This document shows, piece after piece, positions 1-12,064 of a stretch of 64,000 bases of DNA. Each line of letters starts with the position of its first letter. The stretch's first letter is position 1. Source of the stretch: Macrostomum lignano (lineage: Eukaryota); the NCBI GenBank assembly GCA_002269645.1, contig NIVC01001072.1, forward strand, positions 124,001-188,000, read 5' to 3'. The notes beneath the pieces are model-generated. The model was not told where the DNA came from, did not search any database, and was given only the letters and a program-made list of their open reading frames with translations. Position numbers and translations under genes: made by a program.

Positions 1-382
1 TGAGCCATAGGCAACCAGGGTTATTCCCCATGAGTCCTGCACCAGTGTTCAATAGAACACTTGCGTCAAAGCATGCCTAGAAAGCTTTTAATATTATTTT
101 ATGTTTAATAGCGGATTGTATGATTTCTATCAGCTGCTATAAAATGCTGTCAGTGTAACTTGCAACAATAGAACAAATTTGCAGAATTGGTGAACAATTA
201 TTACTCATACATACCAGATTTATCTCTTTAAAGTTCCTCATTTTTCTTCGTTTTTCAAATAGCTAATTTTAATGCTTACAATTAGTTTATCTAGTCACTG
301 ACGTCCGGGATCCAGATGACTTGCTTTTGCTGAATAATTTGATACAATTACAAATCATCCCTTATTTTAATCTTGCAGCTAA

Positions 383-3300
383 ATGTGGCAAGACGGCATG
401 CTACCGCTCTTGGCTCTGCTTCTGTTTGCCGCTGCTCCCGTGGCAATGGCCGATGGGTCCCGGCTGGACCTGCAGGGAAAAACTCTCAAAGTGGCCACCC
501 TGCTGGTGCGTTAATATCTCAAATAACTAATCCTCAGGTTGAGCTGGCAGCCTCCCAGATCCTCAGGTCGAATTGCCAGCCTAATCCTCAGTCAGTTGCT
601 GGGCCAGCCTCCCAGATCCTCAGTCAGTTGCTGGGCCAGCCTCCCAGATCCTCAGTCAGTTGCTGGGCCAGCCTCCCAGATCCTCAGTCAGTTGCTGGGC
701 CAGCCTCCCAGAGTGTCAGTTGCTGGGCCAGCCTCCCAGAGTGTCAGTTTCTGGGCCAGCCTCCCAGATGCCCAGTTTCCGGGCGGCCCACTCATCGCAG
801 CTCACACCGCTGTCCCCTGCTCTGCACCCACCAGGAAGTGCCGTTCAGCTTCAAACAAGGCGACAACAGCAGCAGCATTCGCGGCTTTTACATCGACATT
901 CTGGACCTGCTCGCTGAAGAGCTGAACTTCAAGTACAACCTGTACGTTGTGCCCGACAACAAATACGGAGCCCAGCTGCCCAACGGCACTTGGAACGGCT
1001 TGATCAGAGAAGTTATTGACGGGGTATGCGACAATGCGCATGTATAATATTATTTTTCTAGCGTTATCTGAAGGCTGCGTGCGGCTGTTCAGTCCAAGGA
1101 CTGGAGGGGGGGGGGGTCGCCACACACACCCTCAATTACCCCAGCTAATGCTGGCACCCATTTTACAGCTGGGTGAACTGAAGCAATGCAGAGTTAAGTG
1201 TCTTGCTCAAAGACACAAATTGTTCCTTCCAGTGGGTCGACAATCGAACCCCCGACCTCAGGCGCACAGTTGCTAAAAACCCATACTGTTGAATCACTCA
1301 CCGCACGCAGAAAGCCGACTTCGCTCTTGCTCCGTTGAGAATTACCGCTAATCGAGAAAAATACGTGGATTTCACCGTGTCTGTGGCTTCATCCGGCATG
1401 TCAATTGTTGTCAAGCAGGAGCTGCAGGAGGCCGAGTCCTATGCCGCTCTGTTCCTGATGCCGTTTGCTCCTTCGGTAAGTTGCAGTTTGTTCTTTTGTG
1501 TGCTGTTATGGTTGTACACAGTCTAATCAATACAGACTAGTGATTGTACACAGTCTTATCAATACAGACTGATGGTTGTACACAGTCTTATCAATACAGA
1601 CTGATGGTTGTACACAGTCTAATCAATACAGACTAGTGATTGTACACAGTCTTATCAATACAGACTGATGGTTGTACACAGTCTTATCAATACAGACTGA
1701 TGGTTGTACACAGTCTTATCAATACAGACTGATGGTTGTACACAGTCTTATCAATACAGACTGATGGTTGTACACAGTCTTATCAATACAGACTGATGGT
1801 TGTACACAGTCTTATCAATACAGACTGATGGTTGTACACAGTCTTATCAATACAGACTGATGGTTGTACACAGTCTTATCAATACAGACTGATGATTGTA
1901 CACAGTCTTATCAATACAGACTGATGATTGTACACAGTCTTATCAATACAGACTGATGGTTGTACACAGTCTTATCAATGCAGACTGATGATTGTACACA
2001 GTCTTATCAATACAGACTGATGGTTGTACACAGTCTTATCAATGCAGACTGATGATTTTACACGGTCTTATCAATGCAAACTGATGGTTGTACACAGTCT
2101 TATCAATACAGACTGATGGTTGTACACAGTCTTATCAATACAGACTGATGGTTGTACACAGTCTTATCAATACAGACTGATGGTTGTACGCAGTCTTATC
2201 AATACAGAAGTGCGAGTTGCGACCCCCATAGTGCCCAGCCTGACCTCACATACACATAACCTGTTGCAGACGTGGATTCTGGTAATTCTGTTCTACTTTA
2301 TCTGCACGGCACTAGCCTTCACCCTGTGGCTGCTGTCGCCGTACGAGCAGGGCGAACCTCAGCTAGATCAGATTCCAATTCTGCGTCGCTCTAAGAAATC
2401 TGCCTGCTCCAGCTTCATGCTGGTCACTGGCGGACTGTTTGTTCAAGGCGAGTTATTGTAATTTCTTTTCGCTTGCTTTTTCGTACTTAAATGGTCGTTG
2501 CTATGTCGCATTTTACTTCTATTCATTAAAATGTGCCCGTTGCTATGTTTTTGCTATGCCAGATTAATTGTTGCTATGCCAGATTGACTGTCACTATGCC
2601 AGATTGACTGTTGCTATGCCAGATAAATTGTTGCTATGCCAGATTGATTGTTGCTATGCTATGCCAGATTGATTGTTGCTATGCTATGCCAGATTGATTG
2701 TTGCTATGCCAAATTGGCTGTTGCTATGCTAGACTGGCTGTTACTATGCCAGATTGGCTGTTGCTATGCCAGATTAATTGTTGCTATGCCAGATTGATTG
2801 TTGCTATGCTATGCCAGATTGATTGTTGCTATGCCAAATTGGCTGTTGCTATGCTAGACTGGCTGTTACTATGCCAGATTGGCTGTTGCTATGCCAGATT
2901 AATTGTTGCTATGCCAGATTGATTTTTGCTATGCCAGATTGGCTGTTGCTATGCCAGATTGGCTGTTGCTATGCCAGATTAATTGTTGCTATGCCAGATT
3001 GATTTTTGCTATGCCAGATTGGCTGTTGCTATGCCAGATTGGCTGTTGCTATGCCAGATTAATTGTTGCTATGCCAGATTGACTGTTGCTATGCCGGATT
3101 GATTGTTGCTATGCCAGATTGACTGTTGCTATGCCAGATTGACTGTTGCTATGCCATATTAATTGTTGGTATGCCAGATTGATTGTTGCTATGCCAGATT
3201 GATTGTTGCTATGCCAGATTAATTGTTGCTATGCCAGTACTTTATAAACTTTGCCAAATACAACCTGCAGGCTTCGCTCGCACGCCGAAGTCGCCAGCCA

Positions 3301-5213
3301 TCCGGATTCTAGCCAGCGTGTGGTGGCTGTTCACCCTGGTCACCGTGGCCTGCTACATCGGCAACATGGGCTCCGTGCTCAACGACCGTCTGGCTATTAA
3401 ACGCCTTCAGCCGCCGTTTGAAAGCTTCGAAGAATTGGTTGGTCAATCGAAAATTCCCTACGGTGTGCTCAAGGGCGCCGCTTCGCACAACATGTTCAAG
3501 GTGGGGATTGAGTTTTAATTAATCATCTAGATGTCTTTGAGTCGTTTGGCTCTGTTTCATGTCAAGCGTATCAATGTCCCAGCCTCTGATTAACCACAAA
3601 AATCCTTAAATCACTTGATTCCTAGATCACTTAAAACCTAATAGACTAATAACCCGGTCTGGTAGTCTAATGAACTAATATGGATAGGCTTATGACCTGA
3701 TAGAGTAGGCTAAAGACCTAATATGGTAGGCTAATGATCTAATAGGGTTACCTAATGACCTGATATGGTGGTCTCATGACCTAATAGAATTGCCTAATGG
3801 CCTAATAAAGTAGGCTAATGATCTAACAGGATATTACCTAATGATCTAATATGGTCTACCTAATGGCCTAATAGAATTTCCTAATGACTATGCTACTCAT
3901 GAGACTAATAGAGTAGTCTCATGACCTAATAGGGTAACCTAATGACCTAATAAGTTAGGCTAAAAACCTGATGATCTACCTAATGGCTAAGAACCTAATA
4001 TAGTAAGGGAATCAAACCCCTATTCCACGCATTCCAACGCAGTCCTCCAAGCTGCCCAGCTTCAAGCGGGCCGACAAATACCTGCGCGACAACCCGGACA
4101 GCCTGGCCAACACGGTGCTGCAGGGCATCAGCCGGGCCAAGACAGGCAACTACGCTTTCCTAGCCGAGAGCCTGACCGCCGAGTACTACACCAGCATCAA
4201 CTGCGACCTCATCGCCGCCGCTACTGGCATCACCACCCTGGACTTTGCTCTGGCTGTGGCCAAGAGTAAGTACATGTGCATCCTTTTCTGGCGCAGGGTG
4301 CTTTTCACCTTTTACTTACTTTCACTCCTTGATTGTTAGGCTCGATTTCCCACAGTGTCAGTTGCTATGCCAGCCTCCCGAATCCTCAGTTGCTATGCCA
4401 GCCTCCCGAATCCTCAGTTGCTATGCCAGCCTCCCAGGTCCTCAGTTGCTGGGCCAGCCTCCCAGATCCTCAGTTGCTATGCCAGCCTCCCAGATCCTCA
4501 GTTGCTGGGCCAGCCTCCCAGATCCTCAGTTGCTATGCCAGCCTCCCAGATCCTCAGTTGCTGGGCCAGCCTCCCAGATCCTCAGTTGCTGGGCCAGCCT
4601 CCCAGATCCTCAGTTGCTGGGCCAGCCTCCCAGATCCTCAGTTGCTGGGCCAGCCTCCCAGATCCTCAGTTGCTGGGCCACCCTCAAAGATTCTCAGTTG
4701 CTGGGCCACTTTGTAAGCCTTAGCTTTACGCCACTCCTGCACTCCTCCGTGACCTCTTCAGACTCCTCTCTGCGCTGCATACTCAACGAGGCCATCCTGA
4801 AGGTGAAGATGTCCGGCCAGCTCACAGCCACCAAGGACATCTGGTGGACTAAAAACCGGGACTGTTCCGACCAGCTAAGCTTCGAAGCCAAGTCCATGGC
4901 CCTCATGCCTGGCGACTTTGCCTGCCTGTACGGCCTGGTCCTCATCGGCGCCCTGGTCGCTCTGCTGGCTCTGCCAGTGGAAATGTATATAAAGAACGCT
5001 TTGCCCTTTAAATTATTGCCCAGTCGCGGCGGCGGCACGACCGCTGCTGCTGCTGGAGCTGGAGCTACTCCGGCTGCTTCGACTGCCGCGGTCGCCGGCG
5101 CTGCCCCAGAAGCTGCCGCTGCTCCTGCTGCCGCTGGACCGTCGTCCAGTGCGGCTGCCGATACCACCGGCGGCGAGTCGGCCGAAGCAGCAGAGCAGAG
5201 GCCTCTGGTGTGA
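383..5213 (+). CDS. Ionotropic glutamate receptor-like / IR-type channel without amino-terminal domain (7 exons, about 519 aa)
   Basis: Exons 383-505, 835-1023, 1311-1475, 2270-2447, 3271-3500, 4043-4265, 4762-5213; phases join into 1560 nt. Signal peptide MWQDGMLPLLALLLFAAAPVAMA. S1 motifs GFYIDILDLLAEELNFKY, KYGAQLPNGTWNGLI and ADFALAPLRITANREKYVDFT. M1 TWILVILFYFI, pore loop GGLFVQG, M3 VWWLFTLV. S2 YAFLAESLTAEY and LNEAILKVK...WW...C. M4 LYGLVLIGALVALL. Intron 4 has a GC donor. Confidence 0.9.
532..775 (+). repeat. 28/32-bp minisatellite (CAGTTGCTGGGCCAGCCTCCCAGATCCT family), iGluR intron 1
   Basis: Tandem units visible; same unit at 4355-4712, 8425-8625 and (reverse) 57440-57785. Confidence 0.95.
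1060..1305 (+). mobile_element. CORE-SINE (MIR-like) element in iGluR intron 2
   Basis: CCCATTTTACAGCTGGGTGAACTGAAGC...GAGTTAAGTGTCTTGCTCAAAGACACA...ATCGAACCC resembles the MIR/CORE-SINE core. Recognised from memory, not searched. Confidence 0.5.
1508..2205 (+). repeat. 32-bp minisatellite, iGluR intron 3
   Basis: Unit GATGGTTGTACACAGTCTTATCAATACAGACT, about 21 copies. Confidence 0.95.
2545..3235 (+). repeat. 20-bp minisatellite, iGluR intron 4
   Basis: Unit about TTGCTATGCCAGATTGATTG. Confidence 0.95.
3630..4000 (+). repeat. Degenerate about 20-bp tandem repeat, iGluR intron 5
   Basis: Recurring CTAATGACCTAATA-like cores. Confidence 0.75.
4355..4712 (+). repeat. 28-bp minisatellite, iGluR intron 6
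   Basis: CAGTTGCT(GG/AT)GCCAGCCTCCCAGATCCT, about 12 copies. Confidence 0.95.
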
Positions 5214-5729
5214 CAGAAAAATGAGCCGAAAAATCGGCTTTTTCAAGTGGAACTAAAAAACCAAACCGAAGTGTGTTTTTGTTTCGATTTTTTTCTATTT
5301 ACTCGTACTAATATTTATCTAGTCAATTATTATTTTTATCGACAGTGCATTAAAAATTTTTTAGGTATAATAATATTATATTTTTGGTTGGCCATTCTCG
5401 CAATATTATCTTTAAAAACTTGTTTTCTTATTATTATGACAACAATTTTATTATATACTCGTATCATTTCATGTATCGCCAGTTGCTCTACTACTCATAA
5501 CATATTATATGGCGTTCTGATATTTTTCCTCTTTTCATAGAACCACTGTGTCGGTCTGTTTCGTATTCAATAAAAATGTTGTTGCTTTTTATAGTTTATA
5601 CTTCTGGCAAAAAATGGACCCATAATCGTTCATACTGCTATGTGTTCTATTACGAGTAAAACCACTTCTCCACATTATAATACAAGAATTTAATACTATG
5701 AAATTTTTACAGCGATTCTGAGGAAATCG

Positions 5730-6050
5730 CTTCGTACAGCCCGCTATGGGCACCCACCCCACTCCCCGCCCCGCTCACTCCCGTCCCTTCACTTCGCCGC
5801 AATGTACAGCCCGCTATGGGCACCCACCTCACTCCCTGCCCCGCTCATTCCCGTCTCTCATCTCCACTTTGTCTCAACGTAGAGCCCGCTATTGGCACCC
5901 ACCTCGCTCCCTGCCCAGCTCATTCCCATCACTCCACTTTGCCGCAATGTACAGCCCGCTTTGGGCACCCACCCCACTCCCTGCCCGCTCATTCGCGTCC
6001 CTCCACTTCGCCGCAATGTACACAGCCCGGTATGGGCACCCACCCCACTC
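5730..6050 (+). repeat. About 65-70-bp degenerate tandem repeat
   Basis: Recurring CGCAATGTACAGCCCGCTATGGGCACCCACC, 4-5 copies. Confidence 0.85.
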
Positions 6051-6577
6051 ATTGGCTTAAACTTTTTGCAAGTTCAAGTCAATTTTATATAAACGCATTT
6101 TTCCCGATTCTTGCGTATTTGCGTTAAAATGATTTTTTTATTCTGCATTATTATTGATAGTTACGCAGCTTTTGGTGTGCACTCGTTTAAACAAATAATA
6201 AAGCGTCATTTTCGTAACTTTTTTAGTGTAAAAAACTTTGTACCGCGCTTTGTTCTCTAGCTTTTTTACCGCAATACGTTTTTCTCGTTTTAAATCCTAA
6301 AAGTTTTTCTCTTCCCAATAAATAAAAACTTAGGCAGTAGCCGATGAAATGTTTTGTCAGTATTTGACACGTTCGTTACGATGCTTCAAATAAATAGTTA
6401 ATATTGAATACAAATTTATTATCGTGTTGCCAAGGCTTGCACTTATTTTACCAAACGTTGAACAAAACTGTTTCGCTAATATTACATTTGCAGTTTTTTT
6501 AATGACACGGATTCTAATCAAAAAAGTGCTTTAAAAATTATCTTTTGTTCCTGTCTCTGTAGTGTAATCTCACCAGA

Positions 6578-6945
6578 AGGTGAGATCAAGGACCACTGGT
6601 AATCCAGAGATTGAGTTCAAGGACCACTGGTAGTCCAGAAAGTGAGATCAAGGACCACTCGCAGTCCAAGGTAAGATCAAGGAGGACTGAAAATCCAGGT
6701 GAGTTCAAGGACCACTGGTAGTCCAGAGGGTGAGTTCAAGGGCCACCTGGTAGTCCAGAGGGTGAGTTCAAGGACCACTGGTAGTCCAGAGGGTGAGTTC
6801 AAGGACCACCTGGTAGTCCAGAGGGTGAGTTCAAGGACCACCTGGTAGTCCAGAGGGTGAGTTCAAGGACCACCTGGTAGTCCAGAGGGTGAGTTCAAGG
6901 ACCACCTGGTAGTCCAGAGGGTGAGTTCAAGGACCACCTGGTAGT
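6578..6945 (+). repeat. 32-bp minisatellite
   Basis: Unit GAGGGTGAGTTCAAGGACCACCTGGTAGTCCA, more degenerate at the 5' end. Confidence 0.9.
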
Positions 6946-8424
6946 CTAGGCGTAAAATTTGCACGATTCGAGATCAGTTAACTTTAACCAGACGTGGCAG
7001 TGGAATGCATAACATTTAATTATGAATTGCAGTTGATTCGGCCGTATAATAAAGCCTGTAGCGTTTCTATACACTGTAACACAGCAGTTTGTAAATAGTA
7101 CATAGCTAGATTATCTCTTGCCGTCTATTTTACCATACACACGGCATATACCTAGCGCATGCAATTAAGCAAACTTAGCTATAATGCCAACAAGCGCGTA
7201 GCATCTGCATGGCAGTTTATGAGCGTAGAAATATAAACGCCTGGATAATCAGTCTATGAAGGCAACTTGTGCAGTGCTTATTAATTATTTATGGACTTAA
7301 GTTATCGCTCAGGTAACTGCCTAGACTGGTCCACTGGGGTGAGTATTTGTCGATCCCCACAACTCTTGTCAAGTGTTGGTCTCTTGTGGTGTCTGGCCTG
7401 TTGAGTGCTCTTGCACTTTTTGAGTTGTTTTTTTGTGTGCGCCCTAGGCAGCCATCCCCAGACCAGTTCTGGCTGGTTGGGGGGGGGGGGGCGCTTAGCC
7501 CGGCTTGTCTTTCCCCGCGGCGGCCACTGATTGGCTGGGCTTGTGTTTTTGTGTTTTTATTTTCTAGCCCCCATTCAGTCAGATCTGCTCGGCGGGCACG
7601 CTGATTGGCTGAGAGCTTATTTCTTTTGTTTGGCGTTTCTCTCTCTCTCTCTCACGCTGTCTGCCCCTCTACCCTGTTAAGTGGTATATAGTGCTCAGGC
7701 CCAGTCAGCTCCCCGCTCTTTGCTCCGCGCCCCGCGCCAGCTCTTCAAACTAAACTAGCGAGATTCAAGCGAGCCGTGTCTATACGGTCTCTTACTGCGA
7801 AGACTCAATTGATTGTGAGCAAATAAAGCGGTCAGGTGGTAGAGATATTCGAACGAGCTCCACAGCTTCTGGCACCGGTAAGACCCCGAGTTCATTCGCT
7901 TCTTTAGCTTTTCCGAGGCCTTGCCGTAGCAGTGATTCCATAGCTAGAGCGTCATCACGCCTGCGGACTGTGACCACTGCAGCACAGCAGCGTTGTATAT
8001 TGAGTATTATTGTAGTACTGTACCGGTTACTTTATATAGTGTGAACAACCTACAGTATCGAAAATAGAAGCCCTCGAGAGTGTCACCACACCTCGAGCCG
8101 CAGCGTGAACTCTGAGTGTCACAACACAAGAGGGATCGAACTATTATCGCAGAGCGTCGTCACGCCTGCTCGTATCCATAAAAGTACAGACAGAGCGTCA
8201 CTACGCCTGTTTTATTACGTATAATATATTGTACTCTGGACTGGGCACCCAAACCAACCCGGGTCACGACACTCTTTAATACAAGGTAAAAAAATTACCA
8301 AAAACCCACTCCAACGCAAAAAAACTTTAATATGGGTTGGTTGGATAGTTTTCCTACTCCAGTGTCTAGACTCGATCTATATTAAAAACTTGACTTTTTC
8401 GACGCCAAAATTTCAGCTATCAAA

Positions 8425-8625
8425 AGCCAGATCCTCAGTTGCTGGGCCAGCCTCCCAGATCATCAGTTGCTATGCCAGCCTCCCAGATCCTCAGTTGCTG
8501 GGCAAGCCTCCCAGATCCTCAGTTGCTGGGCCAGCCTCCCAGATCATCAGTTGCTGGGCAAGCCTCCCAGATCATCAGTTGCTGGGCCAGCCTCCCAGAG
8601 TGTCAGTTGCTGGGCCAGCCTCTCA
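8425..8625 (+). repeat. 28-bp minisatellite (same family as in iGluR introns)
   Basis: CAGTTGCTGGGCCAGCCTCCCAGATC(C/A)T units. Confidence 0.95.
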
Positions 8626-8644
8626 GAGAGTGTCAGGGGGATTG

Positions 8645-9055
8645 TACTGGACACAGAATCTGGTGAGACGGTCCGAGGCAGGGAGTGCTGGACACAGAAT
8701 CTGGTGAGACGGTCCGAGGCAGGGAGTGCTGGACACAGAATCTGGTGAGACGGTCCGAGGCAGGGAGTGCTGGACACAGAATCTGGTGAGACGGTCCGAG
8801 GCAGGGAGTGCTGGACACAGAATCTGGTGAGACGGTCCGAGGCAGGGAGTGCTGGACACAGAATCTGGTGAGACGGTCCGAGGCAGGGAGTGCTGGACAC
8901 AGAATCTGGTGAGACGGTCCGAGGCAGAGAGTGCTGGACACAGAATCTGGTGAGACAGGTCGGGGCAAGGAGTGCTGGACTTTCTGGACACAGAATCTGG
9001 TGCGACAGGTCGGGGCAAGGAGTGCTGGACTTTCTGGACACAGAATCTGGTGAGA
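8645..9055 (+). repeat. 41-bp minisatellite
   Basis: Unit GGACACAGAATCTGGTGAGACGGTCCGAGGCAGGGAGTGCT, about 10 copies. Confidence 0.95.
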
Positions 9056-9691
9056 CAGCAACAACTTCGAGCTCTGAGTTGGCCGCAACTTTTCTGCCCG
9101 ATGTAATGTGTCATCGAATTCAATTTGATTAAAAGACTTCACGAAGAAACTTAGAAAAAAGTCCCATTCAGAAAAATACGGATACGGCTTCCTTTACGAA
9201 ATTTACTCGTATGAAAAAATTATTTATTACATTTGAGATTAACAGAGATTAGAGAAGCGCTTATAACATAATTTTCGTAGGAACTTCTAGAAATGAGAAC
9301 AACTACGCCAAGTATCCTTTTAGGCCATCTGTCCTGATTTACAGTGCGAACAAGCACTTTGTGTCGGGCACCATGTAGAGAGAAAATTAAGATAGGCTAC
9401 GAGTATACTTAATTAGAGTTGATAACAAATAAGAAAGTAAGTGGGGCTCAGGGCCAAAATGAGTGTATTAAATTAGGCTGGGGTTGAGACGAGTACAAGT
9501 AAGAAGAGTTGGGGTGGAATTCGCGAGATTGAAGAGCCAATCAGAAAGCAGCGAGGGAGAGAGATAAGAATAGCAGAGATAACTAGACAGAGAGGGAGAT
9601 AAAAACAGAGTAAACAGAAACAAGTGCAGATGAACTAAGGAAATGACTAAGGAAGTCGCGACAAGTATGCCTTGGATTCATCTGTCTCGAT

Positions 9692-10151
9692 CACAGATAC
9701 TAAAATACACTACCTCGTACATGGGCAACTCAGGCATATTTACTTTGTAAACCAGCTTTCTACTTTCAGTTCAGTAGCAAAGAAGAATACATAAGCTATT
9801 TTATAAAAATAAAGGCAGCTCAAAATGACTGACAAGTTTAGAAGCTTAAGCTTGCAGGCGTAAACAGCTTGCTAATTGGTTCAGCAATAATGTACATTAG
9901 CCAGTCCACTGAAATGTACATGGCAGCTTTAGGCTGGAATTTCCAAGAAAGGCAATAAAAATCAGGGCGGGTCGGGGGGTAGTGGAAAAATTCGCAGTTA
10001 GAGGGTTTAAGCTGCAGGGCCTGGGGTAAGAACCAATATGCCTTAGCTTTAAAAATACATTAAAATGCTTCTGTTTAACTTACTACTGAACTGAAAGTAG
10101 TTGGCAGGCAAATTTTCTGAGTGGCCACATCTAGTTATTCTAGTATCTTTG
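9692..10151 (+). mobile_element. hAT-type MITE family A, copy 1
   Basis: Termini CACAGATAC...GTATCTTTG, inner inverted repeat CTACTTTCAGTTCAGTAG/CTACTGAACTGAAAGTAG, identical 8-bp flanks GTCTCGAT (9684-9691 and 10152-10159). Second copy at 51791-52252. Confidence 0.85.
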
Positions 10152-10348
10152 GTCTCGATCTACTGTGCGAGAAGCATACGGTCGAATAATTTCCTTTCGA
10201 TTGACCTCTTGAAGCAGTCATCGAGCTTATAAAAAATCACATTAAAAAGGAGAACGGTTTTAATAACTGGGTTACGAGCGTAATAAATAATATTATTTTG
10301 TTATTAATTTCGAATCTTATCTCAAATCTCAAGTCGTAAAATCTCAAG

Positions 10349-11470
10349 TCAGGGCAGCAGAGCGAAGAACTCCCGGATCTCGCTCTCTGTCATGACGCTG
10401 CCGCCGATTGCGATGGCTTTCACGGTTCCATTCAACTTTGTTGGTTCGCCGACTCGTTTGCTGAATCGGAGGCAGCTGATTGACGGAACGGGACCGTAAT
10501 TTGTAACGACGTTGATGCCGCCCTGGGCCAGGAAGGCGTTGTTGAGAAACATGCCCCAGAGATCGCCTGTTGGACTCGTTGTGAAGCCAAAATCCACCCA
10601 GTCGTCTTCGCTGGCAGACATGACTGAGCCCGACTGGTATATTTGTAGAAGATTGCCAACAACTGTTCCGGAAAGGGCGTAAAGCTTCGATGGTGCGTCG
10701 TATTCCCAGAGGTGGTTGTATGGTGATCCAGCAGTGAAATCGGCACAATCAGTGAACTCAAAGAGCGGCTGGACCTGCGGTTTCCTTTTAAACCGAATCA
10801 GGACCGTGCCGCCACTGGTGAATCCGATGTCACTCTTGTTCAAGACCAGATGCGATCCGTTCCCATTGAACTTGGCGCCTTCTTGCGTCCACTGCACATC
10901 GACCGGATGCATTCTGTTCATGTCTTCGTCTGTCTGGCACAGCAGGTTCTCAAATCTGGTTAAGTTTTCTCCGAGCCAGACGTTGGTCAGATTCGGGTGG
11001 AACCGAGCCGGGTACTCCATGGGAAATCGAATGAGCAGTCGGCAGTCGCTGCTTGAACCGGAGGCGAGACTGCGGCACACGGACTGGTGGCGGAACAGGC
11101 TGCATTCGAGAGTCTGCAGGTTGAACTGGGCAACGATGAGGCCAGATGAGAATGCGTCAGAGGCTTGCATCGTGCAGTGCCGCTCATTGAGCCTTTGGCC
11201 TGGTGGATTGCGGCTGACGCGTCCTGACACTGAGCCTGCATCTGAGTCCACGAGTCCGCCGACTTGCTCTGGCCGATAGCCACACAGCCGAGCAGTTGCA
11301 GCGCTCCTAGAAGAAGATTTCCTGCGGAACCGAATTCAGTTAGAATTGCTGGGCCAGTTAACAATGTAATTGATTTTAATTTTTATCGAAGCTGAAATAT
11401 GATTTTTGAATTGATGAAGCTTACCCGATCTCATTGCCGCAAGTCAGAATGATAATGATAACTATATACC
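10349..11470 (-). CDS. Probable secreted protein: weak PAN-like region plus C-terminal LamG/concanavalin-A-like jelly-roll domain
   Basis: Main exon 11321-10349 is open for 324 codons after the acceptor TTCCGCAG. A phase-matched upstream exon ending at 11425 (donor GTAAGC) encodes YIVIIIILTCGNEIG, which is signal-like; start codon not located. GAKFNGNGSHLVL and a terminal LNGTVKAIAIGGSVMTESEI resemble LamG-like domains. Confidence 0.6.
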
Positions 11471-12064
11471 TGCTACCTCTCTGCCGGATGGTTTTTCAGC
11501 CCCTTTTTAATTAAATTAAACTGGCCTGATCATTTATAATACCTGCAGCTGTGGGCTATGGGTACGCATTCATTAGTCGAGGAATAGCGTAGCCATGAGT
11601 TGATCATTTGCGATTGGCTTATAAAGATGCAGATAACGAGGAAACCATTGGCTCTGGGGGTGTCTACTTCTGTTTTAAACCAGCATTCAATAGCTCCCAA
11701 CAATTAGTGAGTTACCAATTTTGATTGGTCAGTTTGTCACCCCCAGCCATCAAATAATCATATGAAGCGTACAGTGTACAGTTTTTTAGGATAGCAATGC
11801 AGGATCCCTAACTAGTGGTCTGCGTACATTTTTCGGGCTCTAATACTTTCTACTCTTGTCAGTAGTCAATTTTGTACTTGTGCACCTAATAAATTTTAGT
11901 TAGAACAACATTAACTAACAACAATAACAATATGTTAGACGTTGTTAAATGTCTTATTAAAACGTTTGCGGTGGCATAATATTTGTTAAAGTTAATTTTG
12001 TATAGCATAAAAAGATAAGTATTGTGGATACCGGCATTTGATGGTGTATGTGTGTGCGTGTGTG

